Source: Candidatus Hodarchaeota archaeon (GTDB taxonomy: Archaea > Asgardarchaeota > Heimdallarchaeia > Hodarchaeales > Hodarchaeaceae). From it: a stretch of DNA of 16,339 nt. Below, one piece after another: positions 1 to 8,153 of the stretch. Positions within the stretch are counted from its first letter, which is position 1; each line of letters begins with the position of its first letter. The DNA lies in the NCBI GenBank assembly GCA_016839815.1, contig JAEOTM010000093.1, positions 1-16,339 of the forward strand. Reading direction: 5' to 3'. The notes below the pieces were generated by a model, which saw nothing but the letters and a program-made list of their open reading frames with translations, did not search any database and was not told where the DNA came from. A program made the position numbers and the translations under genes.

Positions 1-2
1 AA

Positions 3-425
3 GCAACGGACGAAGTAATGAGAACTATTGACGGGAAGCGAATGTTTCTCACTGGGGATATCGGTAAGATTGATGAAGACGGGTATTTATGGATTACCGA
101 CAGGAAAAAGGATATGATTGACGTATCAGGGTTCAAAGCGTATCCCCGTGAAATTGAAGAAGTTCTTATTGCCCATCCTGCAGTTTCCATTGCTGCAGTC
201 ATCGGAGTTCCCCATCCCAAAGTAGGTGAAACCGTAAAAGCATTTGTTGTACTAAAACCTGGAAAGGAAGCCACAAAAGAGGAAATTATCAATTATTGTA
301 AGGAAAATCTGGTTAAATACAAAGTTCCTTATTATCTAGAATTCCGTGATGAGCTCCCGATGACAAATGTAGGAAAAGTTCTGAGACGAACTCTTCGTGA
401 TGAAGAAAAACAAAAAGCTAAGTAA
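3..425 (+). CDS. Long-chain fatty-acid--CoA ligase / AMP-dependent synthetase, C-terminal part (5'-truncated by the window edge)
   Basis: ANL-superfamily motifs [23 protein letters not shown]-x-VSG-x-x-x-YPREIEE, GVPHPKVGE and the A10 Lys motif [12 protein letters not shown]. The frame is open from base 3 (ATDEV) into the ATG at 18, so the real start lies upstream of the window. Confidence 0.93.
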   Translation, partial: ATDEVMRTIDGKRMFLTGDIGKIDEDGYLWITDRKKDMIDVSGFKAYPREIEEVLIAHPAVSIAAVIGVPHPKVGETVKAFVVLKPGKEATKEEIINYCKENLVKYKVPYYLEFRDELPMTNVGKVLRRTLRDEEKQKAK

Positions 426-440
426 TCAAATCCTTAGCCT

Positions 441-461
441 CTATTTTTCTCTTTTTTCTTC
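441..461 (+). terminator. Pyrimidine/oligo-T tract, probable archaeal intrinsic terminator between convergent genes
   Basis: ctatttttctcttttttcttc about 15 nt after the ligase TAA. Archaeal termination typically occurs at oligo-U runs. Confidence 0.45.
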
Positions 462-479
462 ACTAACTACAAAAATATA

Positions 480-728
480 TTAGAAATCGAGTTCAGACCG
501 ATCTACTATGTCTGATAAATCCCATACAATAGCCTTTTTTTCTTTCGAAAGTTCTCTTGTTAATTTACCTTCTCCACTGAGATCAGCTATCGCTCCTGGG
601 ACTCGATCGCGACATTCAGCTATTCCTAAGGTTTCGGCCTCTGTAATTAATTCTTCAGTAGTAGATGGTCCCATATCATGAAGAAGTAATAGGATTAGTC
701 GTTTGGTCTTCTCCATACTTTTACCCAT
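480..728 (-). CDS. Small hypothetical protein, probable winged helix-turn-helix fold
   Basis: 82 aa with a helix (KRLILLLLHDMGP), S/T-cap helix (STTEELITEA), recognition-like helix (RDRVPGAIADL-x-x-EGKL) and beta wing (AIVWDL). SD-like AAAGGAAG upstream. Starts 28 nt after the desulfurase stop on the same strand. Confidence 0.6.
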   Translation of the reverse strand: MGKSMEKTKRLILLLLHDMGPSTTEELITEAETLGIAECRDRVPGAIADLSGEGKLTRELSKEKKAIVWDLSDIVDRSELDF

Positions 729-756
729 ACACGCACACTTCCTTTAATATCCTAAT

Positions 757-1989
757 TTAACTCAAAGTGTCCATGATCTCTCGAAGTGCGTCTATGAACG
801 TTTTCACTTCTTCTTCAGTATTATAAAGATACCATGAAGGACGTAAAGTCCCTTGATCAAGGTTTAAGGAGTGATGGAAAGCGTGAGTACAGTGATAACC
901 TGAACGGAGGAAAATATTGTACATATCATCAAGTAAGATCGCTACTTCATGAGGATTTACACCTTTCAGATTAATAGCAGCTAGTGCAGCTCGTTCTTCT
1001 GCTTTACTAGGTCCAAGAAAAGACAGAGCATCACCAAATTCTTGAAGACCATCTAGCATAACGCGACTAAGTGCAATCTCGTGTTGATGTAAATTCTCCA
1101 TTCCGATTGAATCAAGATAATCAATAGCGGCCCCTGCACCAATAACACCCGCATAATTCTGTAAACCTGCTTCAAATTTAGCCGGTGGAGGTAACATTTT
1201 AATTGTATTAGGAATTTTCACATCTGAAACAGTCTCTCCACCTAAAATTAATGGATGGAGTTTTTCTAAAATGTGGTACTTACCCCATAGAAAGCCACAA
1301 CTTGGCCCACAAGCTTTATGCATAGATACTCCCATAAGGTCAACATCCAATTTTTGGACATCGATAGGCATGTGAGGAAAGGATTGAGCAGCATCTAATT
1401 GAAAAATACCTTCTCGCTCATGAATGATTTTTGCTATAGCTGGAACATCAATAATCCCTGCAGTAACATTGCTTACTTGTGCAAGACTAACTAAAAATTT
1501 TCCTGGTGTACATTCATTCACAGCTTCAGTGAGAGCATCTAAGGAACAAATCCCTGTTTTGCCTGCATCCAAAACTTTGAGTTTTATCTTTCCTGCATTC
1601 TCAAGAAACATCCATTTAACAATATTAGAATTGTGCGATTCGGATGTAGTAATGATTATTTCTGACCCATCAAGTTTGAGAATCATACTTCCAAGATTTA
1701 GAGCTTCTGTGGTGTTTTTTGTCCAGACTACTTCTGATGAGTTCTTAGCATTGATAAAATTCGCGGTTTTTTCACGGGCGTCTTCATATCGCTTTGTTGT
1801 CTCTCTAGAGTACATATGAGGTGAACGCCCTGCGCAAGCAGTATATTTGGTGTAATAATCCATGAGCGCCTGAATAACAGGTTTTGGCTTCAAAGACATA
1901 CACGCAGAATCACAATAGATAATTGGTCTCCCATCCTTTAATTCAAATAAAGCAGGAAAATCTTCCCTGATGTTCTTTACGTCGATCAT
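757..1989 (-). CDS. sufS: Cysteine desulfurase, group II (SufS/CsdA-like), PLP-dependent class V aminotransferase
   Basis: IREDFP, IYCDSACMSLKP (variant of YLDNAATSQKP), WTKNTTEALN, VSNVTAG, LDAAQS, PLP-Lys motif SMHK, GGETV, KFEAGLQN and the group II catalytic-Cys motif RSGYHCTH. SD-like AAAGGTG upstream of the ATG. Confidence 0.9.
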   Translation of the reverse strand: MIDVKNIREDFPALFELKDGRPIIYCDSACMSLKPKPVIQALMDYYTKYTACAGRSPHMYSRETTKRYEDAREKTANFINAKNSSEVVWTKNTTEALNLGSMILKLDGSEIIITTSESHNSNIVKWMFLENAGKIKLKVLDAGKTGICSLDALTEAVNECTPGKFLVSLAQVSNVTAGIIDVPAIAKIIHEREGIFQLDAAQSFPHMPIDVQKLDVDLMGVSMHKACGPSCGFLWGKYHILEKLHPLILGGETVSDVKIPNTIKMLPPPAKFEAGLQNYAGVIGAGAAIDYLDSIGMENLHQHEIALSRVMLDGLQEFGDALSFLGPSKAEERAALAAINLKGVNPHEVAILLDDMYNIFLRSGYHCTHAFHHSLNLDQGTLRPSWYLYNTEEEVKTFIDALREIMDTLS

Positions 1990-2182
1990 TCTTTACACCT
2001 TTCTTATGCATTACCGTTTACTTAACTACAGTGAGGAATCATTTATCTCATCTTCGTTCAAGATATTGTTCAATAGTAGAAGTCCACATATCGTTGGAAA
2101 AATGAATCTCATGAAAGTATTTCCCAAGATATGACAATTAATTGAGATAATAATCATTTGTTAAACTTTTTGCCTAGTAAGA

Positions 2183-3382
2183 TTATATTTCTCCACGCAT
2201 AACTGCATCAAGAAAATCATCCAGAGCCTCAATTTCTTCCTGTGTGCCAGTAGCACTATCAATAAATTCTGCAGTATCAGCGGTTTTTTGGGAAAGACTG
2301 GTTAACATATCCCCAATAGCAATACTATGCATAGTTAATTTTCTTTGTAATTCTTGTGGAGTAGAAATATGATCTCCTAATTTTAGTGCAGACCCAAGGT
2401 CCTCAATAAAAGCGGTCTGAATACTTAGAAGACCTGTTTCGATACTTTGCTTGATTTTCCTAGGTAAATCTGAATCAGATCCATGACGTTCTATTTTTTC
2501 TATTAACCATTTATTCATTAAAAGGATCTCTGGAATACCGGACAGATTTGGAAGTTGTCGATCATTAGGAAATCGCCATTCATGTTGTATCTGATTAATG
2601 AGATTTAAGGTCTCTTTACGAATCATAGACGAAAGTTGATACTCAACAGTTGAGATAATTAAACGATCCATCTTTTTTACAACTGCTTTGAAGACTTCAC
2701 GCAATTGTCCCCATTTATTCTCCTCCTCTGGGAGTGTGAGCTCTAAGATTCGTTTTGGTAAAAGTCTAGCAATTTTTTGAATTAATCGAAACTCAGAATC
2801 AATTCTACTCAACTTTCCAGTCTTGAATACTTCCAATTGTTTCCAATGTGCTGGTTGTTCAATCATATCACGTATTAGCTCAAACAAATATTGATCAGGA
2901 TCAACTACTCGTAACAAATTTATCCCAGATCGAAAATTTAAACGATGGCCACGTTCCCTAACAAGTTCTTTGTATTCTAAACGGGAATGGCTCTCTAATC
3001 CTAAAGATCCCACAATCATGATACCAAAACTGAACTCTGGGATTGGAATTGTAAATTCTTTGTTGAACACCGTCTCTACAGGAATTTTACGATCCCAATC
3101 TATGTTATCCTTTCCACGAATGGAAATATGCTGTCCTTTCGTCTTAAATGCGAGTCTTTTGCCACGTTTATCCTGTTGAAAAATAATACCGTCAGAGGCA
3201 ATTGGAATGAATTTAATATAATTATCATTTTCATCATTAAATTGTTCTATAAACAGGGAGAACAATTCTGACTTACCAAATCCTCTTGGACCTAAAATTA
3301 AGAGAGCTAATTGAAACTGTGAGTCGAAGAGGTCAAAATATCCCAATTCACCATGCAAGCTAAACAATTTTTGATAGCTCAA
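2183..3382 (-). CDS. P-loop NTPase, probably a divergent Ras/Arf-like (TRAFAC) GTPase with large insertions
   Basis: Hydrophobic strand plus Walker A LLILGPRGFGKS (aa 27-38). Later segments resemble G3 (IMIVGSLG), beta4 (INLLRVVDPD), G4 (IPEILLMNKWL) and G5/alpha5 (FIDSATGTQEEIEALDDFL). TTG start, with an in-frame TGA two codons upstream. Confidence 0.6.
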   Translation of the reverse strand: MSYQKLFSLHGELGYFDLFDSQFQLALLILGPRGFGKSELFSLFIEQFNDENDNYIKFIPIASDGIIFQQDKRGKRLAFKTKGQHISIRGKDNIDWDRKIPVETVFNKEFTIPIPEFSFGIMIVGSLGLESHSRLEYKELVRERGHRLNFRSGINLLRVVDPDQYLFELIRDMIEQPAHWKQLEVFKTGKLSRIDSEFRLIQKIARLLPKRILELTLPEEENKWGQLREVFKAVVKKMDRLIISTVEYQLSSMIRKETLNLINQIQHEWRFPNDRQLPNLSGIPEILLMNKWLIEKIERHGSDSDLPRKIKQSIETGLLSIQTAFIEDLGSALKLGDHISTPQELQRKLTMHSIAIGDMLTSLSQKTADTAEFIDSATGTQEEIEALDDFLDAVMRGEI

Positions 3383-3468
3383 GACTCATCTAGTGTTTGA
3401 GTAGAGATCGATTATTTAATCTTTTTCAGTTGAGAGACGTGATAATCAGGAATTTATTCTGTGATTTA

Positions 3469-4368
3469 ATGACAATAAAATTTAGAATCTTTGCAAGTGG
3501 TAGTAATGGAAATAGTGGAATCCTGTCTACCCCAGATGGTGCGTTGCTGATTGAGGCTGGTATTTCACGAAAAAGGTTATTTCACCTTATGAAGGATAGT
3601 GGTATTTCCCCAGCAGATTTACAAGGAATTTTAATAAGTCATTATCATACTGATCATTGTAGGGATCTACCAATTATCAATGAGCAACTAAATGTGCCTA
3701 TAATAAGTTCTAAAGGTACTCGTGAGGGTTTCCACAAATATCAATCATATGATTCCAGATGGGTATCTGTGATTAATAATACTCGTACCTTACCTCCTCG
3801 GACTCCCCTAGAATTCGGTACTTTTCGGATACAATCTTTACCTACTGTACATGATGCACTCGGTGCTACTGCATTCTACATTAAATATCGGGATATAGGA
3901 TTTACTTTAATTACCGATACGGGACAGATTCTCCCCCATCATCTCGATGCAATCAATAATTCAATGTTTTCTCTTCTTGAAATGAATCACGATATCCCGG
4001 CATTATATCGATCACAACGTAGTAGGTCACTGAAAAGAAGAATTAGAAAAACGCATTTGGATAATGGCCAAACAACTTCAATTTTAAGTCAGATTGATCA
4101 AGATAATAAGGTACTTTTGTTTGGTCATCTAAGTGGAGAGTGTAATTCACCTCTGCATGTAAAGCGTGAATTGCTGGAATGGGGAGAAGAACAGGAAGAA
4201 TTTCCATGGGATTGCTTTATCTGTCGTCGTGATTCCCCAGGTCCCTTACTTATGTTATCCGGAAATGATATGTTACATACCTCTGAACAGTCTTTAAGTT
4301 TGAAATCGCTTAAGGAAAACAGAAGAATACTGCAACCAAAAAAAGACTTACTTTCATACTTTCCTTGA
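3469..4368 (+). CDS. Metallo-beta-lactamase-fold hydrolase, YycJ/WalJ-like (paralog 1)
   Basis: FASGSNGN, LLIEAGIS, SHYHTDH (HxHxDH), HDA, ITDTG, LEMNHD, HLDN, GHLSGECNSP. The start was moved from the TTG at 3397 to the ATG at 3469 because the family N-terminus begins there and this leaves room for a divergent promoter. Confidence 0.85.
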   Translation: MTIKFRIFASGSNGNSGILSTPDGALLIEAGISRKRLFHLMKDSGISPADLQGILISHYHTDHCRDLPIINEQLNVPIISSKGTREGFHKYQSYDSRWVSVINNTRTLPPRTPLEFGTFRIQSLPTVHDALGATAFYIKYRDIGFTLITDTGQILPHHLDAINNSMFSLLEMNHDIPALYRSQRSRSLKRRIRKTHLDNGQTTSILSQIDQDNKVLLFGHLSGECNSPLHVKRELLEWGEEQEEFPWDCFICRRDSPGPLLMLSGNDMLHTSEQSLSLKSLKENRRILQPKKDLLSYFP

Positions 4369-4381
4369 TAAAATTTCCTTT

Positions 4382-4861
4382 CTATGATCTTTGTTCAATT
4401 AAATCTGGTTCGAGCTCTAGAATTTTTTCTTTTACCTTGGGAGGAAGAGGTGATTTTGTTGAGGTTTGATAATTAAGGACAACAATCAGTGCCTCTCCTA
4501 CGGCAGCAGTTCCGTTTTTCTCACTGTATAACAGATAATCCATAGTAAATTTGGTTGATCTAAGATCTGTTACACGTGTTCCAATATGAACTGTATCTGG
4601 GTAGAATAATGGTTTTATAAATTTTGCTGAGGTACTTGCTAAAATTGGCCCGATTCCTGAGTTTTCCATCTCTTCAATAAATCCAACTCTTTTGAAATAA
4701 TCAATCCGCGCTGTTTCAAAGTAACGAAAAAAAATGATATTGTTCACATGACCAAAGGAATCCATCTCCCCCCAAGCAACTGGTACAGTTACCTTAACTG
4801 AATACTCATCTATTGTTCGCAAATTTACACAACCTTCCAATCGTTTTACTCTTATAGACAA
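4382..4861 (-). CDS. Acyl-CoA thioesterase, 4-HBT/YbgC hotdog family
   Basis: VAWGEMDSFGHVNN-x-x-FFRYFETAR signature, FIKPLFYPD. Exact start uncertain (TTG). Confidence 0.9.
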   Translation of the reverse strand: MSIRVKRLEGCVNLRTIDEYSVKVTVPVAWGEMDSFGHVNNIIFFRYFETARIDYFKRVGFIEEMENSGIGPILASTSAKFIKPLFYPDTVHIGTRVTDLRSTKFTMDYLLYSEKNGTAAVGEALIVVLNYQTSTKSPLPPKVKEKILELEPDLIEQRS

Positions 4862-5083
4862 ATATGATTATACTATTTGGTTTCTTTCTTCGAAAATACA
4901 GATAGTCGGAGAATCTTGTATTGCATGTTTTACAAGTTTTAAGTAAACATAAAAGGAAGATATACGAATTGTAAGACTAATTCAGCTGGTTTTACGAAGT
5001 ACTCAGATTTCTGTGAAAATTAATTTCAGTAGTTTGTATTTTACAATTTTCTGTTTGAATGTGCATAAATAATCTATTCATAT

Positions 5084-5119
5084 AAAAAGGGTTTATATAT
5101 AGAAGAAAAGCTTTTATAA
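5084..5119 (+). promoter_or_regulatory. Putative archaeal BRE/TATA elements upstream of the 5170 gene
   Basis: Purine run AAAAAGGG followed by TTTATATA (5092-5099), and a second TTTTATAA (5112-5119) after AGAAAAGC. SD-like GGAGAG at 5158-5163 precedes the TTG at 5170. Confidence 0.45.
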
Positions 5120-5169
5120 GCTTCTGTAGCTCAAAATTAGTGAGCTTATAACCTCTTGGAGAGTTACTA

Positions 5170-6009
5170 TTGGGGTATCCATATAGAAATGAAAACAGTA
5201 ATTCGTCGTTTGAATCGCAGGATAAAGTAACAGACGAAATTCTAGCTAGACAGGATAGAGAAGACTGCTGGTTTTTAGGTACTCTTATTGATTTCAATAA
5301 GAGGGTTCCTTCGCATTTTTATCGGTTAAAAAATATACATAATTGTATAACTCATGAGGAAACTGGTTGCGATGTTCGATTTCAGACTAATAACAATATT
5401 GCTTGTCGTCTTGCAGAATTTTTTCCGTTAAAATGGTTAAATATGATCACTAATTGTTTTAAAAATACAAAAGCGAAAGAACTCGGAGTAAGACAGGAGG
5501 ATGATCGATTGTACGCTTATCTTGCCTACATTGACCTTTTACTGATCTTTCGAGGTTTAAAACTGCTTGATTCTACTCTAGAGGAAATTAATACTTCTTT
5601 GGATGTGAATCTAAGTAAACATAGGTTACGAACTTGGCGTCTGAATCTTCTAAAGATCTACCCAGATTTAAGACACAAATGGAAAAGTGTTAGGTCAATT
5701 ACTCCTGCTCGAACTTTTCTCTCAACATTGATCAAAGTATTGAATACAGAAATGAATCTCCAAATCTACTCTACTAAAGAAATGTTTGAGATAAAACATC
5801 AAGCTTTAATCTATGCTCAGGAATTTGTAAAAATGGATCGTATAATGCGTATAAAACGAATAGAAACATGGGTACGAGCTATTTGCTTGAAATCGGTGCG
5901 GGATAATAATCTTAATTACACAGGTGATCTTTTCCCTAATCTTCCTGTCAAGACATTTGAGGTTTTGGAAAATAAGCGATGGCAATTAGATAAAATTCTT
6001 GGGATTTAG
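5170..6009 (+). CDS. Hypothetical protein, possibly a highly divergent TFB/TFIIB (cyclin-fold) homologue without a zinc ribbon
   Basis: 279-aa helical ORF with SD and TATA. LGTLID...HFYRLKNIHN resembles the TFB B-linker (GLSTxID...YRLRKWQ). TLEEIN...LSKHRLRTWR and TPARTFLSTL...EIKHQALIYAQEF resemble TFB cyclin-repeat segments. The ORF itself is confident, the family is tentative. Confidence 0.45.
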   Translation: MGYPYRNENSNSSFESQDKVTDEILARQDREDCWFLGTLIDFNKRVPSHFYRLKNIHNCITHEETGCDVRFQTNNNIACRLAEFFPLKWLNMITNCFKNTKAKELGVRQEDDRLYAYLAYIDLLLIFRGLKLLDSTLEEINTSLDVNLSKHRLRTWRLNLLKIYPDLRHKWKSVRSITPARTFLSTLIKVLNTEMNLQIYSTKEMFEIKHQALIYAQEFVKMDRIMRIKRIETWVRAICLKSVRDNNLNYTGDLFPNLPVKTFEVLENKRWQLDKILGI

Positions 6010-6046
6010 TAATCCTAAGGATGAGAAATAATTCACTAAAAGAGTT

Positions 6047-8035
6047 CTATATCTCTTCGATAAGCTGTTTATACCGCTCTTTCAATGCTTGTTTTTGCAT
6101 AACGATAGTTTCAAATTCAGATGAGATTTTACGTTTTACCTTCGGATCTGAGGGTAGGACAAGAACAATCTCTTTTAATCGATCTCCGAGTGTAGATATG
6201 GTAGCTTGAATGAAAGTTTTTGCTTTGATTTGTTTTTGAACTATTTCAGAGTTCAAGCTCCACAGAAGCAGGTATTTATCTATAATTGGATTTTCTCCAG
6301 TGATACGTATTCGACGAAAGTGGCTTTGTATGATGATCTTTTCATCATGCTCTGTTATCATCGCTGTTCTGCCAATGAGAAACGTCCCATCATTTACTAT
6401 TAATATATCTCCCGCATTAATATCTTGTTTCCGTTTATATTGATTATATATATCCTCACTTACTTGTTTTAAAGGATTGATATCAATTTCTAAATTAATG
6501 ATATCACTGGTTCGTACAAACGGGATTGTTCCTGTACCGTATGCTTTTGCTCCAATTTCATGACCTCGTGTTATTGAAAGAAATCTTTTTTCTATCAGCT
6601 CTCCCAAAGAGATGACGGTAAACTCACTATTGAGTCTATATGTGTGTAATCGTTCCCTAACATCAGGATCGTAATATGCTGGGATCAGAATGTTATTTAC
6701 TAAATCATCTCGATTAAGTATAAATCCTAAAGCTGAATAATCCAAGTGTTTGTTTGACCTGAATACACGATAGTTTTGGACGATGATAGGTAGATCGTCT
6801 GCAATGACTTTCCTTCCCTCATGATCAGTGAGTGGAATCCCAGTTTCACCGATTCTATATATCTCTTTTCCATTTTTATCATGTCCGACGTTATCTGCTA
6901 TAGCAAAGAATATTGGGTAGTCCTTTTGCTGCTTCGTCTTTTCTACAAATAGAAGTGAAGTTTTAATATGTGTATGAGGCGCAAAAGCTACAGAACTGCA
7001 GCTAATTACCGCTAAAATCGTAAAATTTTCGAGTAGGTAACTAATTATATATCGGTCACTTGTATTTCCAAAGATCCCCTCTGGTAATACTATTGCCATT
7101 CTTCCTCCTGGTTTTAATAATTGTAGACTTCTTTCAATAAATAAAATCTGTGGAGGTTGTCTTTCCCGTATTTCATCACTTTTTTGCCATCTATTCTCTT
7201 CTTTTTGCCATTTATATCCTAAATCATACATATCTAAAACATTGGGATTTGTAACAGAAATTTTGGCTCCAAAAGGGGGATTAGTTAGTACAACATCAAA
7301 CGAATTAAGCTTAATGGCTGATTGACTATTCACTGACCAATTCTCGTAGGAATCTAAAGAATTTTCGCAGAAAATATTAGGTTTAGAGGACTTTAAAATT
7401 GCTAGATGTAGTTTAGAGATTTTTACAAGGAATTCATCTTTATCAATTCCATATAGAAGATTGAAACTTGCATCTTTCTGAAGTGCCATTGTGCTTGTTA
7501 AAAATCCACCAGCTCCACATGCGGGATCGATAATTGATTCATCAGGAGTCGGAGCTAAAATCTGTGCCATTGTTATGGTAATATTTTTTGGAGTAAAGAA
7601 CTGACCTTGTGATCCCCGCAGTGAAGGTAGGAGAATTTGTTCAATAGCATCTCCTATTGCATCTCGTTGTGCCTCACTAATCGCATAGGATTCAAGCAAA
7701 GAAACGATAACCCGTAGGTTTGCATCATCTATGATTAATTGATCGTTTTTCGGATCTAGAATCGTTTTGAATTTAACTTTAAGTTGATCAAATAATCGAT
7801 TTATTCGAACTAAAAGAGGTTGCCTATTGAAATCCTCAATTTGAAACTGAACAGGCTCATTAGACGGAGTTGAGATCTCATCTTGAATTTTACAAAATAA
7901 TAGAAAGAGAACCTGTTCTACTAGTGTATTATCCTGTGTGATACCCTTGAAATTTCCTGCTAAATGATTCCGAATGTCAACAAATGCTTTTTTCAGATCT
8001 GTTGGAACCTTTAGGTCATTTCGTGTAAGTGGCAT
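6047..8035 (-). CDS. N6-adenine DNA methyltransferase (HsdM-like, gamma class) fused to a C-terminal HsdS-like target-recognition domain, with no endonuclease domain
   Basis: HsdM N-terminal helical region (LLFCKIQDE), GQFFTP, motif I IIDPACGAGGFL, YGIDKD, motif IV TNPPFG, LKPGGRMAIVLPEG. C-terminal TRD motifs IPFVRTSDI, GDILIVNDGT-x-x-IGRTA, YLLWSLNS. ATG at 8035 preferred, TTG at 8059 is an alternative. Confidence 0.9.
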   Translation of the reverse strand: MPLTRNDLKVPTDLKKAFVDIRNHLAGNFKGITQDNTLVEQVLFLLFCKIQDEISTPSNEPVQFQIEDFNRQPLLVRINRLFDQLKVKFKTILDPKNDQLIIDDANLRVIVSLLESYAISEAQRDAIGDAIEQILLPSLRGSQGQFFTPKNITITMAQILAPTPDESIIDPACGAGGFLTSTMALQKDASFNLLYGIDKDEFLVKISKLHLAILKSSKPNIFCENSLDSYENWSVNSQSAIKLNSFDVVLTNPPFGAKISVTNPNVLDMYDLGYKWQKEENRWQKSDEIRERQPPQILFIERSLQLLKPGGRMAIVLPEGIFGNTSDRYIISYLLENFTILAVISCSSVAFAPHTHIKTSLLFVEKTKQQKDYPIFFAIADNVGHDKNGKEIYRIGETGIPLTDHEGRKVIADDLPIIVQNYRVFRSNKHLDYSALGFILNRDDLVNNILIPAYYDPDVRERLHTYRLNSEFTVISLGELIEKRFLSITRGHEIGAKAYGTGTIPFVRTSDIINLEIDINPLKQVSEDIYNQYKRKQDINAGDILIVNDGTFLIGRTAMITEHDEKIIIQSHFRRIRITGENPIIDKYLLLWSLNSEIVQKQIKAKTFIQATISTLGDRLKEIVLVLPSDPKVKRKISSEFETIVMQKQALKERYKQLIEEI

Positions 8036-8153
8036 CGCTAAAATTAAGCTAATTTTCAATTATGAATAGTTTTTCCTTTAAATTCTGTAGAGATTTTTTT
8101 CCCTAATCTTTTGAATAAAAAATCTTAAGATTAAGGAGATAAAAAGTAAACTT

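Noticed and set aside
1424-1819. 131-aa plus-strand ORF
   Set aside because: Antisense shadow entirely within sufS, with no motifs.
2026-2157. 43-codon minus-strand ORF (MIIISINCH...DSSL) upstream of sufS and the palindrome CAATTAATTG
   Set aside because: No SD or recognisable motif, and both are expected by chance in AT-rich intergenic DNA.
3397-3468. 24-codon N-terminal extension of MBL paralog 1 from the TTG at 3397
   Set aside because: It would leave only 14 nt between divergent genes, and family similarity begins at the ATG at 3469.
4992-5297. 101-aa minus-strand ORF
   Set aside because: Overlaps the 5170 gene and its promoter elements, and has a low-complexity AT-derived composition with no motifs.
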